In this document: piece after piece, positions 32,790-43,444 of the stretch | Position numbering within the stretch: the stretch's first letter is position 1 | Layout: each line of letters starts with the position of its first letter | Assembly: GCA_018266575.1 (NCBI GenBank) | Contig: JAFEAE010000026.1 | Span: forward strand, 3,777-67,776 | Length of the DNA stretch: 64,000 nt | Direction of reading: 5' to 3' | Source: Bacteroidota bacterium | Lineage (GTDB): Bacteria; Bacteroidota; Bacteroidia; Chitinophagales; Chitinophagaceae | The notes under the pieces: generated by a model | What the model was told of the DNA's origin: nothing | What the model saw: only the letters and a program-made list of their open reading frames with translations | The model's database searches: none | Translations under genes and position numbers: made by a program

Positions 32790-34490
32790 ATGAATTCAGA
32801 ACTCCTCGGAATAATTCTCATCTATGTTACCACTGTACTGCTGGCAATTCCGCTCGGCAAATACATCGGAAAAGTATATGAAGGAAAACCAACATGGCTC
32901 GATGTGATTTTAAGCCCTGTTGATAAATTCTTTTTTAAAGCTTCGGGTATAAAACCTGAAAAAGAAATGAACTGGAAGCAGCATTTGCTTGCTCTGCTTA
33001 CGATAAATTTTGTGTGGTTTCTTTTTTCGATGTTCGTGTTAATGAACATGAGTTGGCTCCCGCTCAATCCGGACAAAAATCCGTCGATGAGTGCGGACCT
33101 TGCATTTAATACAACAGTAAGTTTTATATCAAATACAAATCTCCAGCACTACTCTGGCGAATCTGGTGTTTCTTATCTTGGGCAATTGATACTGATGCTG
33201 TTTCAATTCATCAGTGCAGGCGTTGGCATGGCAGCTTGTGCAGCGGTGTTCAATGCCATGAAAGAAAGAACAACGGAGAAGCTCGGAAATTTTTACAATT
33301 ATTTTGTAAAATCATGCACAAGGATATTGCTGCCGCTATCCATTGTTATTGCTTTACTGCTTTTGTTCAACGGCACACCGATGACGTTTAAAGGAAAAGA
33401 CCAGTTCGTTTCTTTGCAAGGAGATACTGTAAATGTAAGCCGCGGCCCTGCGGCAGCAATGGTAGCCATTAAACAGATCGGTACAAACGGCGGAGGTTTT
33501 TTTGGTGCAAATTCTTCGCATCCGCTGGAAAACCCCAACTATTTTACAAATATTGTCGAGAATGTTTCGATCATTCTCATCCCCATAGCACTTGTATTTG
33601 CAATGGGATATATGTTGAAAAGAAAAAAACTGGCGTGGATGGTTTTCGCTGTAATGACCGTAGGTTTTTTATCTTTTGTAATTCCGTCGGTCTTTTATGA
33701 AATGAAAGGAAGCGACAATATCTCACGGTTAGGCATATCCCAAAACCGGGGAAGTATGGAAGGAAAAGAGATCCGCTTTGGTGCAGCAGCATCGGCCTAT
33801 TGGGGAATTACTACAACAGTCACATCCAATGGTTCGGTAAATGCCATGCACGATAGTTTTACTCCATTAACCGGAATGTTCGCATTACTTGGAATGATGG
33901 TGAATTCGTTTTATGGCGGTGTAGGCGTTGGCTTTTTGAATTTTTATGTCTATATAATAATTGCGGTATTTATTTCCGGCTTGATGGTTGGTCGTACACC
34001 GGAATTTCTGGGAAAGAAAATTGAAGCAAAAGAAATGAAGATCGCAACGATCATTGCATTGCTTCATACGTTACTTATCCTAAGTTTCACAGCATTGTCA
34101 TCACATCTCTATGCACATGATCCAAAAACATATGCAGCATGGTTGAACAATCCGGGTAATCATGGTTTCTCAGAAATGTTGTACGAATACACATCATCTT
34201 CTGCAAACAATGGTTCCGGATTTGAGGGGCTTGGTGATGGTGTCCCGTTCTGGAATATTACCTGCGGCATCGTAATGATCCTTGCACGTTATCTTCCGAT
34301 CATCGGACCGGTTGCGATTGCAGGCATTCTTGCAAAAAAGAAATATGTACCGGAAAGCGCAGGTACGTTAAAAACAGATACAAGCACTTTTGGTATTATG
34401 ATCTTCGCAGTGATCATGATCGTTGCTGCGTTATCATTTTTCCCGGCATTAGCGCTGGGGCCAATTGCGGAATTTTTTACGAACAAGTGA
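32790..34490 (+). CDS. kdpA: Potassium-transporting ATPase subunit A
   Basis: 566-aa polytopic protein with KdpA selectivity-filter-like segments (NTNLQHYSGE, GTNGGGFF, SSSANNGSGFEG). Confidence 0.95.
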   Translation: MNSELLGIILIYVTTVLLAIPLGKYIGKVYEGKPTWLDVILSPVDKFFFKASGIKPEKEMNWKQHLLALLTINFVWFLFSMFVLMNMSWLPLNPDKNPSMSADLAFNTTVSFISNTNLQHYSGESGVSYLGQLILMLFQFISAGVGMAACAAVFNAMKERTTEKLGNFYNYFVKSCTRILLPLSIVIALLLLFNGTPMTFKGKDQFVSLQGDTVNVSRGPAAAMVAIKQIGTNGGGFFGANSSHPLENPNYFTNIVENVSIILIPIALVFAMGYMLKRKKLAWMVFAVMTVGFLSFVIPSVFYEMKGSDNISRLGISQNRGSMEGKEIRFGAAASAYWGITTTVTSNGSVNAMHDSFTPLTGMFALLGMMVNSFYGGVGVGFLNFYVYIIIAVFISGLMVGRTPEFLGKKIEAKEMKIATIIALLHTLLILSFTALSSHLYAHDPKTYAAWLNNPGNHGFSEMLYEYTSSSANNGSGFEGLGDGVPFWNITCGIVMILARYLPIIGPVAIAGILAKKKYVPESAGTLKTDTSTFGIMIFAVIMIVAALSFFPALALGPIAEFFTNK

Positions 34491-34538
34491 GCGCCGTAGT
34501 TAACAATTCACAACTCACCATTCACAATTCACAAAATC

Positions 34539-36584
34539 ATGGCAAAAAAATCATCCAATAAACTCTTCGAACCGGCTTTGATGAAAGAAGCGTTAAAGCA
34601 ATCTTTCGTAAAATTAAACCCGGCAATACTCGTTCACAATCCGGTAATGTTTACCGTTGAGATCGGCACTGTTATAATGATGGCTGTTTGTATCTGGATC
34701 ATCACCGGTGAAAAATCACAAGGCGGGCTGGCATATAACCTTATTGTATTTATCATTTTATTGCTCACATTGCTCTTTGCAAATTTTGCTGAAGCAATTG
34801 CTGAAGCAAGAGGTAAAGCACAGGCTGACAGTTTACGCAAAACGCGGGAAGACACACCTGCAAAAAAAATATTCGCAGTAGGGGATATTTTTGTGAATGA
34901 AGTAAAAGTTGTGCCTTCGTCACAATTAAAAAAAGGCGACCTCTTCATTTGCGAGGCCGGTGATATTATCCCGATGGATGGCGAAATCATCGAAGGGCTT
35001 GCAACAATCGATGAAAGCGCGATAACGGGAGAAAGTGCACCCGTGATCCGTGAAGCAGGTGGAGATAAATCGAGCGTAACAGGTGGCACGAAAGTATTGT
35101 CCGATAAAATAAAAGTGCGTGTAACTACAGAACCCGGCGAAAGTTTTTTAGATAAAATGATCGCATTGGTAGAAGGCGCTTCACGGCAAAAAACGCCCAA
35201 TGAAATTGCATTGACGATCCTGCTTGCAGGTTTCACGATCATCTTTATCATTGTATGTGTAACACTAAAACCTTTTGGTGATTATGCAAACACACCGATA
35301 ACCATTGCTGCATTTATTTCCTTATTTGTTTGCCTGATACCAACAACGATCGGCGGGCTATTAAGCGCCATCGGAATTGCCGGTATGGACAGGGCGCTTC
35401 GTGCAAATGTTATAACAAAAAGTGGTAAAGCTGTTGAAACTGCAGGCGACCTGGATACGTTGCTGTTGGATAAAACAGGAACGATCACTATCGGTAACCG
35501 CAAGGCAACCAATTTCTGGCCCGCAAATAATATCGATAAACAAAACTTCGTGGAAGCATGTGCGTTAGCCTCATTGGCCGATGAAACTCCTGAAGGAAAA
35601 TCTATTGTTGAACTTGCTGCTGTCAATCCGAATACATTCAACACAAACGGTGCACGTTTTATTGAATTTACAGCAGAAACAAGAACCAGTGGTATTGATA
35701 TGCCAAACGGGCTTAAGATACGCAAAGGTGCTTTTGATGCCATCAGGAATGTGGTACTAAAATCAGGAAATACATTTCCTGCAGAAACTGAGCAAAAAGT
35801 AAAAGAAATTTCAAGCAATGGCGGAACGCCACTTGTAGTAAGTCAGAACCAAAATGTAATCGGTGTAATCGAATTGCAGGATATCATCAAACCTGGAATA
35901 CAGGAACGTTTTGAACGCTTACGCAAAATGGGCGTCAAAACGGTGATGGTTACCGGCGATAATCCGCTTACTGCAAAATACATTGCTGAAAAAGCCGGCG
36001 TGGACGATTTTATTGCAGAAGCAAAGCCGGAAGACAAAATGAATTATATTAAAAAAGAACAGCAAGGCGGCAAATTGGTAGCGATGATGGGAGATGGGAC
36101 AAATGATGCCCCTGCTCTTGCACAAGCTGATGTTGGCGTTGCAATGAACAGCGGAACACAGGCAGCTAAAGAAGCGGGCAATATGGTTGACCTCGACAAC
36201 GATCCGACAAAACTGATCGAGATTGTTGAAATAGGAAAACAATTATTGATGACACGCGGAACTCTCACTACATTTTCTATTGCGAATGATGTAGCAAAAT
36301 ATTTTGCGATCGTGCCGGCACTATTCATTGCATCCATTCCCGGTTTGCAGGCATTAAATATTATGAAACTGCACAGTCCGGAAAGTGCAATTCTATCCGC
36401 AGTGATTTTTAACGCGATTGTTATCCCGTTATTAATCCCGCTTGCATTGCGTGGTGTGGCTTACAAGCCAATCGGCGCAAGTGCATTGCTGAGAAGAAAT
36501 TTGCTGATCTATGGGTTCGGTGGGGTAATCGTTCCGTTTATAGGAATTAAGTTGATTGATGTGCTGGTGAGTGTTTGGTTTTAA
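34539..36584 (+). CDS. kdpB: Potassium-transporting ATPase subunit B (P-type ATPase)
   Basis: DKTGTIT phosphorylation site, [14 protein letters not shown] and [16 protein letters not shown]. Confidence 0.95.
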   Translation: MAKKSSNKLFEPALMKEALKQSFVKLNPAILVHNPVMFTVEIGTVIMMAVCIWIITGEKSQGGLAYNLIVFIILLLTLLFANFAEAIAEARGKAQADSLRKTREDTPAKKIFAVGDIFVNEVKVVPSSQLKKGDLFICEAGDIIPMDGEIIEGLATIDESAITGESAPVIREAGGDKSSVTGGTKVLSDKIKVRVTTEPGESFLDKMIALVEGASRQKTPNEIALTILLAGFTIIFIIVCVTLKPFGDYANTPITIAAFISLFVCLIPTTIGGLLSAIGIAGMDRALRANVITKSGKAVETAGDLDTLLLDKTGTITIGNRKATNFWPANNIDKQNFVEACALASLADETPEGKSIVELAAVNPNTFNTNGARFIEFTAETRTSGIDMPNGLKIRKGAFDAIRNVVLKSGNTFPAETEQKVKEISSNGGTPLVVSQNQNVIGVIELQDIIKPGIQERFERLRKMGVKTVMVTGDNPLTAKYIAEKAGVDDFIAEAKPEDKMNYIKKEQQGGKLVAMMGDGTNDAPALAQADVGVAMNSGTQAAKEAGNMVDLDNDPTKLIEIVEIGKQLLMTRGTLTTFSIANDVAKYFAIVPALFIASIPGLQALNIMKLHSPESAILSAVIFNAIVIPLLIPLALRGVAYKPIGASALLRRNLLIYGFGGVIVPFIGIKLIDVLVSVWF

Positions 36585-36607
36585 AAAATAAAAAACTATG
36601 TACCTAG

Positions 36608-36740
36608 CTGTAGTACTACTATTGAGCATCGTTGCGTCGCACTCTTGTACTGCTGATATTCTATTCTACAGTAGTTCACAAACGGCAACAGTTTATATTT
36701 CTCGCAGCGACGCAACGTTGCGGCTTTGCGTCGTTGCGGG
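36608..36740. repeat. Family-B palindromic element inserted between kdpB and kdpC
   Basis: ctattgagcatcgttgcgtcgcactcttgtactgc ... gcagcgacgcaacgttgcggctttgcgtcgttgcggg. The arms catcgttgcgtcgc / gcgacgcaacgttg are inverted. Confidence 0.65.
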
Positions 36741-36771
36741 AAAATATCCTCACAATAAAATTTAAAATAAA

Positions 36772-37335
36772 ATGAAACAACATATTCTTCCTGCATTAAA
36801 GCTTACATTGATCTGCATTATTTTTTTCTGCGGGATCTATACATTAATAATTCTTGGCGCAGCGCAATTCACTCCCAATAAGGGTTTGGGTGAAACAGTA
36901 AGTTTTAAAAACAACGTTGTTGGATATGCGCTTGAAGGACAGAATTTTACTGCAGATAAATATTTTAGCAGCCGCCCTTCCGCGGTAGGTTACAATGCAG
37001 CCGGAAGTGGCGGTAGTAATAAAGGCACTTCCAATCCCGATTATCTAAAAGATGTTCAATCGAGGATAGACAGTTTTTTGGTGCACAACCCTTCAGTAAA
37101 AAAAGAAAATATTCCTTCGGAGTTGGTAACAGCATCAGGAAGCGGATTAGATCCGGACATTTCGCCGGAGGCGGCATATATTCAAATAGCAAGAATAGCA
37201 AAAGTCAGGAATTTAACAGAAGACCGGTTGAAAGCATTGATTGAAATGCATACACAACAACCGTTACTGGGTTTGTTCGGGCCAGCTACCGTGAATGTAT
37301 TGCAACTGAATATTGATTTGGATAAGCTGAATTAA
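36772..37335 (+). CDS. kdpC: Potassium-transporting ATPase subunit C
   Basis: 187 aa with an N-terminal TM, SGGSNKG, and TASGSGLDPDISPEAA (KdpC signature). Confidence 0.9.
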   Translation: MKQHILPALKLTLICIIFFCGIYTLIILGAAQFTPNKGLGETVSFKNNVVGYALEGQNFTADKYFSSRPSAVGYNAAGSGGSNKGTSNPDYLKDVQSRIDSFLVHNPSVKKENIPSELVTASGSGLDPDISPEAAYIQIARIAKVRNLTEDRLKALIEMHTQQPLLGLFGPATVNVLQLNIDLDKLN

Positions 37336-37514
37336 TTAAAAATTAGTAATTAAGAATTAAGAATTTTGTGTGCGATGTTTATTTAACCACATAAGAACAT
37401 GGATGCAATAGAGGCTAAGATTTTAAAACTATGATTTATTGATTAAATGAAACACGTGATTTGTAAGAATCATAATCGATCAAAAAATCAGAGAAATCAT
37501 AATTCAGACAATTC

Positions 37515-37585
37515 GCTCAATAGAAGTACTGCAGTACAAGAGTGCGATTCTTCCACCGGAAGAATCGAAGGCAACGATGTTGAAG
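37515..37585. repeat. Family-B-related fragment in the kdpC-kdpD spacer
   Basis: gctcaatagaagtactgcagtacaagagtgcga contains both ends of the B core in permuted order. Flanked by heptad-word tracts (aattaag aattaag; aactgaa aactgcc gactgat aactgaa). Confidence 0.5.
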
Positions 37586-37705
37586 AGACTTGATGTCGCT
37601 GATTACATAAAATAAAAAAACTAAAACAGGAAAGACTAAAAACTAAAAAGGAAATTTAAAATTTAAGAACTGAAAACTGCCGACTGATAACTGAAAACTA
37701 TTCTC

Positions 37706-38830
37706 ATGCCTGATAAAGATCAAAATGTGCAGCATTTTCTTGAACTCATTCGCCAATCGCGGCGTGGTAAGTTCAAAGTGTATATTGGCATGAGCGCTGG
37801 TGTGGGAAAAACATTTCGCATGTTGCAGGAAGCGCAAACGCTATTGCGCAATGGTGTTGATGTGAAAATCGGTTATGTGGAAACACACAAACGAAAGGAA
37901 ACAGAAGCGCTGTTGGAAGGGCTGCCGGTGATCCCCAGGCGAAATTTATTTTACAAAGGAAAAGAATTAGATGAGATGGATGTGCAGGCGATATTGAACC
38001 TGCACCCCGAAGTGGTGATCGTTGACGAACTGGCGCATACAAATATTGAAGGAAGTAAAAATGAAAAACGCTGGCAGGATGTGATGGATATCTTGGATGC
38101 AGGCATTAATGTGATCAGTGCGATAAACATTCAGCATATTGAAAGCCTGAATGAAGAAGTAAAAGAAATTACAGGCATTGATGTGGCAGAACGCGTACCC
38201 GACAAAGTTTTGAAAGAAGCAGACGAAGTAGTGAACATTGACCTCACGGCAGATGAACTGATCACGCGGCTGAAAGAAGGAAAAATTTATACGCCCGATA
38301 AAATTGCGATTGCCATGAAGAATTTTTTTCAGTCGGAAAAAATTCTTCAGTTGCGTGAGCTGGCATTAAAAGAAGTAGCATCGCAGGTAGAGCGAAAAAT
38401 TGAAACGGAATTACCACGTGGTGCACATCTTCGCCCAGAATATTTTTTGGGGTGCATTAGCAGCAATCATTCCATTGCAACAAAAGTGATACGAAAAACA
38501 GCGCGGCTTGCATCGTATTATCATTCCAAATGGTTTGTGCTGTATGTACAAACGCCAAAAGAAGCAGGGGATAAGATCGGGCTTGCGGAGCAACGCCACC
38601 TCATCAATAATTTCAAACTGGCAACGGAATTAGGCGCAGAAGTGCTCCGGGTAAAACATACCAATATCGCCAAAGCGATCATCGAAACAGCAGAAGAAAA
38701 ATCGATCACTACTATTTGTATTGGCAAACCACATCTAACTTTGTTTAATGTAATTTTAAGTACAGCGGTTTTCAATCAATTATTAACCAAACTCGCCGCG
38801 TCTGATATTGACGTGGTAATACTTTCGTAA
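37706..38830 (+). CDS. kdpD: KdpD N-terminal sensor domain + USP domain protein (no kinase domain)
   Basis: RGKFKVYIGMSAGVGKTFRMLQEA (P-loop of the KdpD N domain) ...DELAHTN.... The C-terminal USP-like part ends in VVILS. Confidence 0.85.
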   Translation: MPDKDQNVQHFLELIRQSRRGKFKVYIGMSAGVGKTFRMLQEAQTLLRNGVDVKIGYVETHKRKETEALLEGLPVIPRRNLFYKGKELDEMDVQAILNLHPEVVIVDELAHTNIEGSKNEKRWQDVMDILDAGINVISAINIQHIESLNEEVKEITGIDVAERVPDKVLKEADEVVNIDLTADELITRLKEGKIYTPDKIAIAMKNFFQSEKILQLRELALKEVASQVERKIETELPRGAHLRPEYFLGCISSNHSIATKVIRKTARLASYYHSKWFVLYVQTPKEAGDKIGLAEQRHLINNFKLATELGAEVLRVKHTNIAKAIIETAEEKSITTICIGKPHLTLFNVILSTAVFNQLLTKLAASDIDVVILS

Positions 38831-38831
38831 T

Positions 38832-40529
38832 ATGGCAATGCGGTTAAAAGCAAAGTTGTCGATCAGTTTAGTTTTTTTATTCCTGGTAATTTTATTATTC
38901 GGCATACTGGGGATCTTTTACATCAGCAAACTGAGCAACGATGCACAACTCATCTTGAAAAACAACCATGAGTCGTTGGTGTATTGCAACAACATGTTGA
39001 ATGCACTTGAAAATTTCAAGATAAGAAAAGACGCTGTTGAACAATTCCGCGACAATCTTTCCAAACAACAAAATAATATTACAGAGCCTGGAGAAAAAGA
39101 GGTGACAGATGAACTGACAAAAAATTTCCGGGAGTTGCTTGCCGATCCGTCGGACTCGAGTAACTACCCGGAGATACGTTTATCTATATACCAGATACAG
39201 GACCTGAATGAAATAGCTATCTTACGAAAAAATGCCGTTGCAAAGAAAACGGCAGAAGACGCAAAGCTGATACTCACCATTATTTTTACAATCCTAACGT
39301 TGATCGCATTCACGTTTATATTTAATTTGCCAGGAATCATTTCCAATCCTATCCGCACATTGTCTGAGGGTATTTCGGAGATCGCCAATAAAAATTACAG
39401 CAAACGCATTTACCTGAAACAACATGATGAGTTCGGAGACCTGGCAAATGCATTTAATATTATGGCCGGGAAATTAGATGAATATGAAAGCAGCAACCTC
39501 GCACAAATAAAATTTGAAAAAAGCAGGATAGAAACGATCATTAACCAGATGCGTGATGGAATTATCGGGTTAGATGATAAGCGTAATATTTTGTTCATTA
39601 ATGCTGTTTCAGAAAAATTATTAGGGCTGAAGGAAGCGGACATTATCGGGAAATATGCTCCGGACGTGGCTTTGAAGAATGACCTGATGCGGAAATTGCT
39701 GCGTGAAGAAAAAGAAAAAGAAGAGCTGAAGATTTTTGCAGATAATAAAGAAAGTTATTTCAGCAAGGATATTTTGAATGTTACGAACAACGAGCAGGTT
39801 ATTGGCAATGTTATCGTGCTACGAAATGTCACCCCATTCCATGAACTGAATGAAGCAAAAACAAATTTTATCGCAACAGTTTCGCACGAATTGAAAACAC
39901 CGATCTCATCGATAAAAATGAGTGCACAGTTGTTGAATGATGAACGTATCGGAACGTTGAACAACGAACAAAAAGAACTTTCCAACAGCATAGAAGATGA
40001 TGCGGAACGTTTGCTGAAAATAACAGGAGAATTATTAAATATGGCGCAAGTGGAAACGGGGAATATTCAATTAAAAATCCAGAATACATATCCGGAGGTT
40101 ATTGTAGAGCAGGCATTACAAGCCGTGAATTTCCAGGCGCAGCAAAAGAATATTCAGCTTCAAAAAAATATTGAAGAAAAACTGCCCGCAATAAATGCAG
40201 ATGCCGAAAAAACAACGTGGGTACTGATCAATTTCATTACTAACGCAATCAAATTCTCGCCTGAAAAAAGTAAAATAGAAATTGATGTACATCAGCAAGG
40301 GGATGCTGTTGATTTTGTGGTTCATGATCATGGAAAGGGGATAGATGAAAAATACCTTCCAAAAATTTTTGAACGCTATTTTAAAGTCCCCGGCAATTAT
40401 GAACGAAGCGGAACAGGGCTCGGGCTTGCTATTTCAAAAGAATTTATAGAAGCACAGGGCGGGCATATCTGGGTGCAAAGCAAGGTTGGTGAAGGAAGCA
40501 GCTTTGGGTTTGCGTTTAAAAAGGTATAG
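38832..40529 (+). CDS. Sensor histidine kinase (TM-HAMP-PAS-HisKA-HATPase)
   Basis: It starts 1 nt after the KdpD-N stop. H-box FIATVSHELKTPISSI, N-box LINFITNAIKFS and G-box GTGLGLAISKEFIEAQGG. Confidence 0.9.
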   Translation: MAMRLKAKLSISLVFLFLVILLFGILGIFYISKLSNDAQLILKNNHESLVYCNNMLNALENFKIRKDAVEQFRDNLSKQQNNITEPGEKEVTDELTKNFRELLADPSDSSNYPEIRLSIYQIQDLNEIAILRKNAVAKKTAEDAKLILTIIFTILTLIAFTFIFNLPGIISNPIRTLSEGISEIANKNYSKRIYLKQHDEFGDLANAFNIMAGKLDEYESSNLAQIKFEKSRIETIINQMRDGIIGLDDKRNILFINAVSEKLLGLKEADIIGKYAPDVALKNDLMRKLLREEKEKEELKIFADNKESYFSKDILNVTNNEQVIGNVIVLRNVTPFHELNEAKTNFIATVSHELKTPISSIKMSAQLLNDERIGTLNNEQKELSNSIEDDAERLLKITGELLNMAQVETGNIQLKIQNTYPEVIVEQALQAVNFQAQQKNIQLQKNIEEKLPAINADAEKTTWVLINFITNAIKFSPEKSKIEIDVHQQGDAVDFVVHDHGKGIDEKYLPKIFERYFKVPGNYERSGTGLGLAISKEFIEAQGGHIWVQSKVGEGSSFGFAFKKV

Positions 40530-40731
40530 ATATCTCGCGACAATTTTTCCCGCAATGACGCAGAGGCAACGTTAGTTTGGTTGGTATGTGAATTCAAAAC
40601 CCTCGGCAACTCAATTCATAATTCATAGCTTATCACTTATAACTCCAATAACAGCTTCTTAACGAATTTTAGAATTCCGTCCCCTTCTTTTACAGCCGGA
40701 AAAATATAATTTAGTGACATCAACCGGATGT

Positions 40732-41484
40732 ATGGGTAACCATTTTGCAATGCTCACTGCTTTGCTGCTATTGTCTGTCCTGGTGTTTGCGCAACCGAAC
40801 AATGATTCTTTATATCGTTCATCAAATTCTTTGCACAAATACGAGGATGATTCAACATTCTCGGTGCTATTCAACATCAGCACAGTTTTTACAACAGCGA
40901 AAGACCCGAAGATCAATAATTTTCTTACGAAATATGGTTATCATCCTCCTCAGAATATCCCGGTGGGAATAAATCTTGAAATTGCAACAATTCCTTTCAA
41001 TAGTAAAATGATGTATAGCCTGCAGGGAGGGACTATCATTTCAACACAGGACATTGTTTCTGCGCATTTCACACTTGGAGCCTACCGGCGTTTCGTAGAA
41101 AGAAAACATTTCTGGTTTCTTGCCGGCTTGGGCTTAGGAACACACGGCGACCGGGTTGTATTAGATGGAAATATGCCCGAAAGTTTTGACAGTCTTGCAA
41201 AAGCTTACAACAAATTGCTTTCATTGCACCGCACCGGGTTTTTAGTTGAACCCGCAGCCCGTTTTTTCTGGAACCCTATTCAAACAAAAAAAATACAACT
41301 CGGTTTATTTGCAGGAACAGCTTACGATTTTGGGTTTAATACAAAATGGAAGCTTGGTTACTTTAAAGAAAACGGGCAGTTCACTTCATTCAAACGCATA
41401 AGAAACACAACCAACGTGCAAACCCAAAAAGAATTTGGCTGGGCGTTTACCGATGGAATAAGCTTCTGCTTTAAGTTTGATTAG
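40732..41484 (+). CDS. Secreted hypothetical protein (possibly small beta-barrel)
   Basis: Signal peptide MGNHFAMLTALLLLSVLVFAQ from the ATG at 40732 (the track start at 40714 is GTG). No recognisable motif. Confidence 0.45.
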   Translation: MGNHFAMLTALLLLSVLVFAQPNNDSLYRSSNSLHKYEDDSTFSVLFNISTVFTTAKDPKINNFLTKYGYHPPQNIPVGINLEIATIPFNSKMMYSLQGGTIISTQDIVSAHFTLGAYRRFVERKHFWFLAGLGLGTHGDRVVLDGNMPESFDSLAKAYNKLLSLHRTGFLVEPAARFFWNPIQTKKIQLGLFAGTAYDFGFNTKWKLGYFKENGQFTSFKRIRNTTNVQTQKEFGWAFTDGISFCFKFD

Positions 41485-41489
41485 TTTCT

Positions 41490-41810
41490 CTATTTTTTCA
41501 TTGAAAGTTCATGCGCTTCGCCTGCCTTGATATTTGCTGCAGGGTTTTTCATAAATTCATCTTTGCATTCTTTAGAGCAAAAGCCATACACTTTACCATC
41601 AATGATTGCGGTATCACCCACCCCTGCGGTAAGCGGCATAAAACAACTGTAATCCAATTTTGAAGCAAACTGAATTTTGCTGAAATCTTTTTTTGCTGCA
41701 ACTGCAGAATCAATTTTCATTTCCTTTGCCTTCGTTTGTTCGTTGGCGTTATGTCCGCAACTGGCTAATGCAAAAACAAATAATGTTGAAATGGTGAGTA
41801 TGTATTTCAT
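41490..41810 (-). CDS. Lipoprotein with YHS/TRASH-like Cys motif
   Basis: Lipobox FALASCG. C-terminal DGKVYGFCSKECKDEFMKNP resembles YHS-domain metal-binding modules. Confidence 0.55.
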   Translation of the reverse strand: MKYILTISTLFVFALASCGHNANEQTKAKEMKIDSAVAAKKDFSKIQFASKLDYSCFMPLTAGVGDTAIIDGKVYGFCSKECKDEFMKNPAANIKAGEAHELSMKK

Positions 41811-41830
41811 AAATGATTTTTATTTTTTTG

Positions 41831-41914
41831 TTCTCACAGATTACACGGGTTACACAGATATTATCATAGCAATGAGCATAAATTTATCTGTGTAATCTGT
41901 GGCATCTGTGAGAA
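41831..41914 (-). terminator. Nested hairpin between two same-strand genes
   Basis: ttctcacagat...tacacagata / tatctgtgta...atctgtgagaa. Its effect (attenuator or terminator) is unknown. Confidence 0.4.
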
Positions 41915-41922
41915 ACTAAATT

Positions 41923-42837
41923 TTACAATGCAAATGTAACATGCATCATACCTTTAAATTTCAATTTTGTTTGCCCTTCTGCAAAATTTTGTGCAACGGG
42001 TAATTGTCCGTTCACCCCTATCCCGATCTTGTTAAAATTAAATTCAACGCCAGCCACTGCCGTTGTTATGTTGCTTCCGGTATATTGCACCATTTTGCTT
42101 TGCAAAGTATTGCCGGCAACATTCTCATATCCCAAACCAATATTCGGAGAAACTGCATTTTTACCCATGGCAATATGATAGTAAGCAATCAGGTTACCAG
42201 CAAATTTATTACCATATTTATATTTATCATTGTTAACGGTATTGATCTTATAATTTGCTGAAACATTTATACCAATATTCCCAACACGTAAACTATAAAG
42301 TGCATTCAGCAAAAAATCAATACTGCCTGTTCCCAATTGTGCATTAATGTCGGCTACCGTTGTAGATGAGTCATTAACATCTACATTGAATATACCGGTG
42401 GGTACTTTTATTCCGCCACCTACCCAAAGCTGCTGATCGACCAGTTTCCTCGACTCAGTTCTGGCTGTTTCATGAAAAACCTGATATTGTCCCACCACGG
42501 TTATATCGCCCAGGCCTGCAGGTTTTGTTGTGCCATCGTCATCTATTTGTTTATTCTGATAGTATGGAATAAATGCAAGCAACTGGAATTTCTCCCCTAA
42601 ACGCAGCCCTCCCCATATTTCAATGGTGTTGTAATAATTTGTGCTGAACTGGGTAGGATCGCTGATAAGTTGTGTGTGGTATTGCGCATAATGATATCGT
42701 ACACCGATGAACTGATGTTTAAAATCCGGCAACAAGCCCATGTATAAATTTCCACCGCCGCAGCCGCAAAAAGGGCAAGCCTGCACATAACAAATGGAAA
42801 GAAACGAACATGAAATTAATATGATTAATTTTTTCAT
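41923..42837 (-). CDS. Outer-membrane beta-barrel (MetA/phenol-degradation-like transporter family?) with N-terminal CPFCGCGGG motif
   Basis: Signal peptide, then ACPFCGCGGGNLYMG, then alternating-strand sequence through to the C-terminus. Confidence 0.5.
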   Translation of the reverse strand: MKKLIILISCSFLSICYVQACPFCGCGGGNLYMGLLPDFKHQFIGVRYHYAQYHTQLISDPTQFSTNYYNTIEIWGGLRLGEKFQLLAFIPYYQNKQIDDDGTTKPAGLGDITVVGQYQVFHETARTESRKLVDQQLWVGGGIKVPTGIFNVDVNDSSTTVADINAQLGTGSIDFLLNALYSLRVGNIGINVSANYKINTVNNDKYKYGNKFAGNLIAYYHIAMGKNAVSPNIGLGYENVAGNTLQSKMVQYTGSNITTAVAGVEFNFNKIGIGVNGQLPVAQNFAEGQTKLKFKGMMHVTFAL

Positions 42838-42989
42838 TGTTTTAAATAAAAATGTGAATTGATATAGTAATTGTCAATAGAAAGTAGTCAATGCCAAATC
42901 TGTAATGTTACGTGTTGATTGCAAAAACTATTTGATAAAATATTCATCAAATAATCAACATATAGCATGTAACATGTAACCTAAAAAAC

Positions 42990-43367
42990 TTACGCTTTAC
43001 CCGGAGGATGAAAAATAGAAGATGGGAAGTTGGTATATTTCTTTTCGATATAAGCAAAAGAGTATTGTGTTTTTCTCAAGAGAGCGAAAGCAGGGTTTTC
43101 GTTCTCTTCGCAGAATAACTGCACATCAGATTTATCTTTTGAAACAGATGAATTGTTCTTTGATCCATCTTCATCTTTTTGCAATTGTTTCTTCAAAAAA
43201 CATTTTCCATGGCAACAGCATTGAGGCTTATTCCTGTTTTCGCAAAGTGTTGATGCAATAAAGTTTTGGTTTACCCGGTAATCAAGCAGTACAATGGCTT
43301 TATTGAATGTGCTTCCCAGCACAGCCAGCAAAAAAATAATTATTGAAATATATTGCCCGATCCTCAT
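42990..43367 (-). CDS. Membrane-anchored hypothetical protein with CCCHGKC motif
   Basis: MRIGQYISIIIFLLAVLGSTF (TM), then NQNFIASTLCENRNKPQCCCHGKCFLKKQL. The ATG at 43367 is preferred over the longer track ORF. Confidence 0.5.
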   Translation of the reverse strand: MRIGQYISIIIFLLAVLGSTFNKAIVLLDYRVNQNFIASTLCENRNKPQCCCHGKCFLKKQLQKDEDGSKNNSSVSKDKSDVQLFCEENENPAFALLRKTQYSFAYIEKKYTNFPSSIFHPPGKA

Positions 43368-43444
43368 TTCGCAGCATTGCAGATTTTGCAATTGCAAAAG
43401 TAAGGAGAAAAAAATAAATACCTTGAAAAACAAAATGATTAAAA

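Noticed and set aside
34634-36337. Long minus-strand ORFs (205, 178, 107, 97 aa) inside kdpB
   Set aside because: They lie entirely antisense to a full-length P-type ATPase with all signature motifs. Their products are low-complexity Ser/Ala/Ile-rich shadows.
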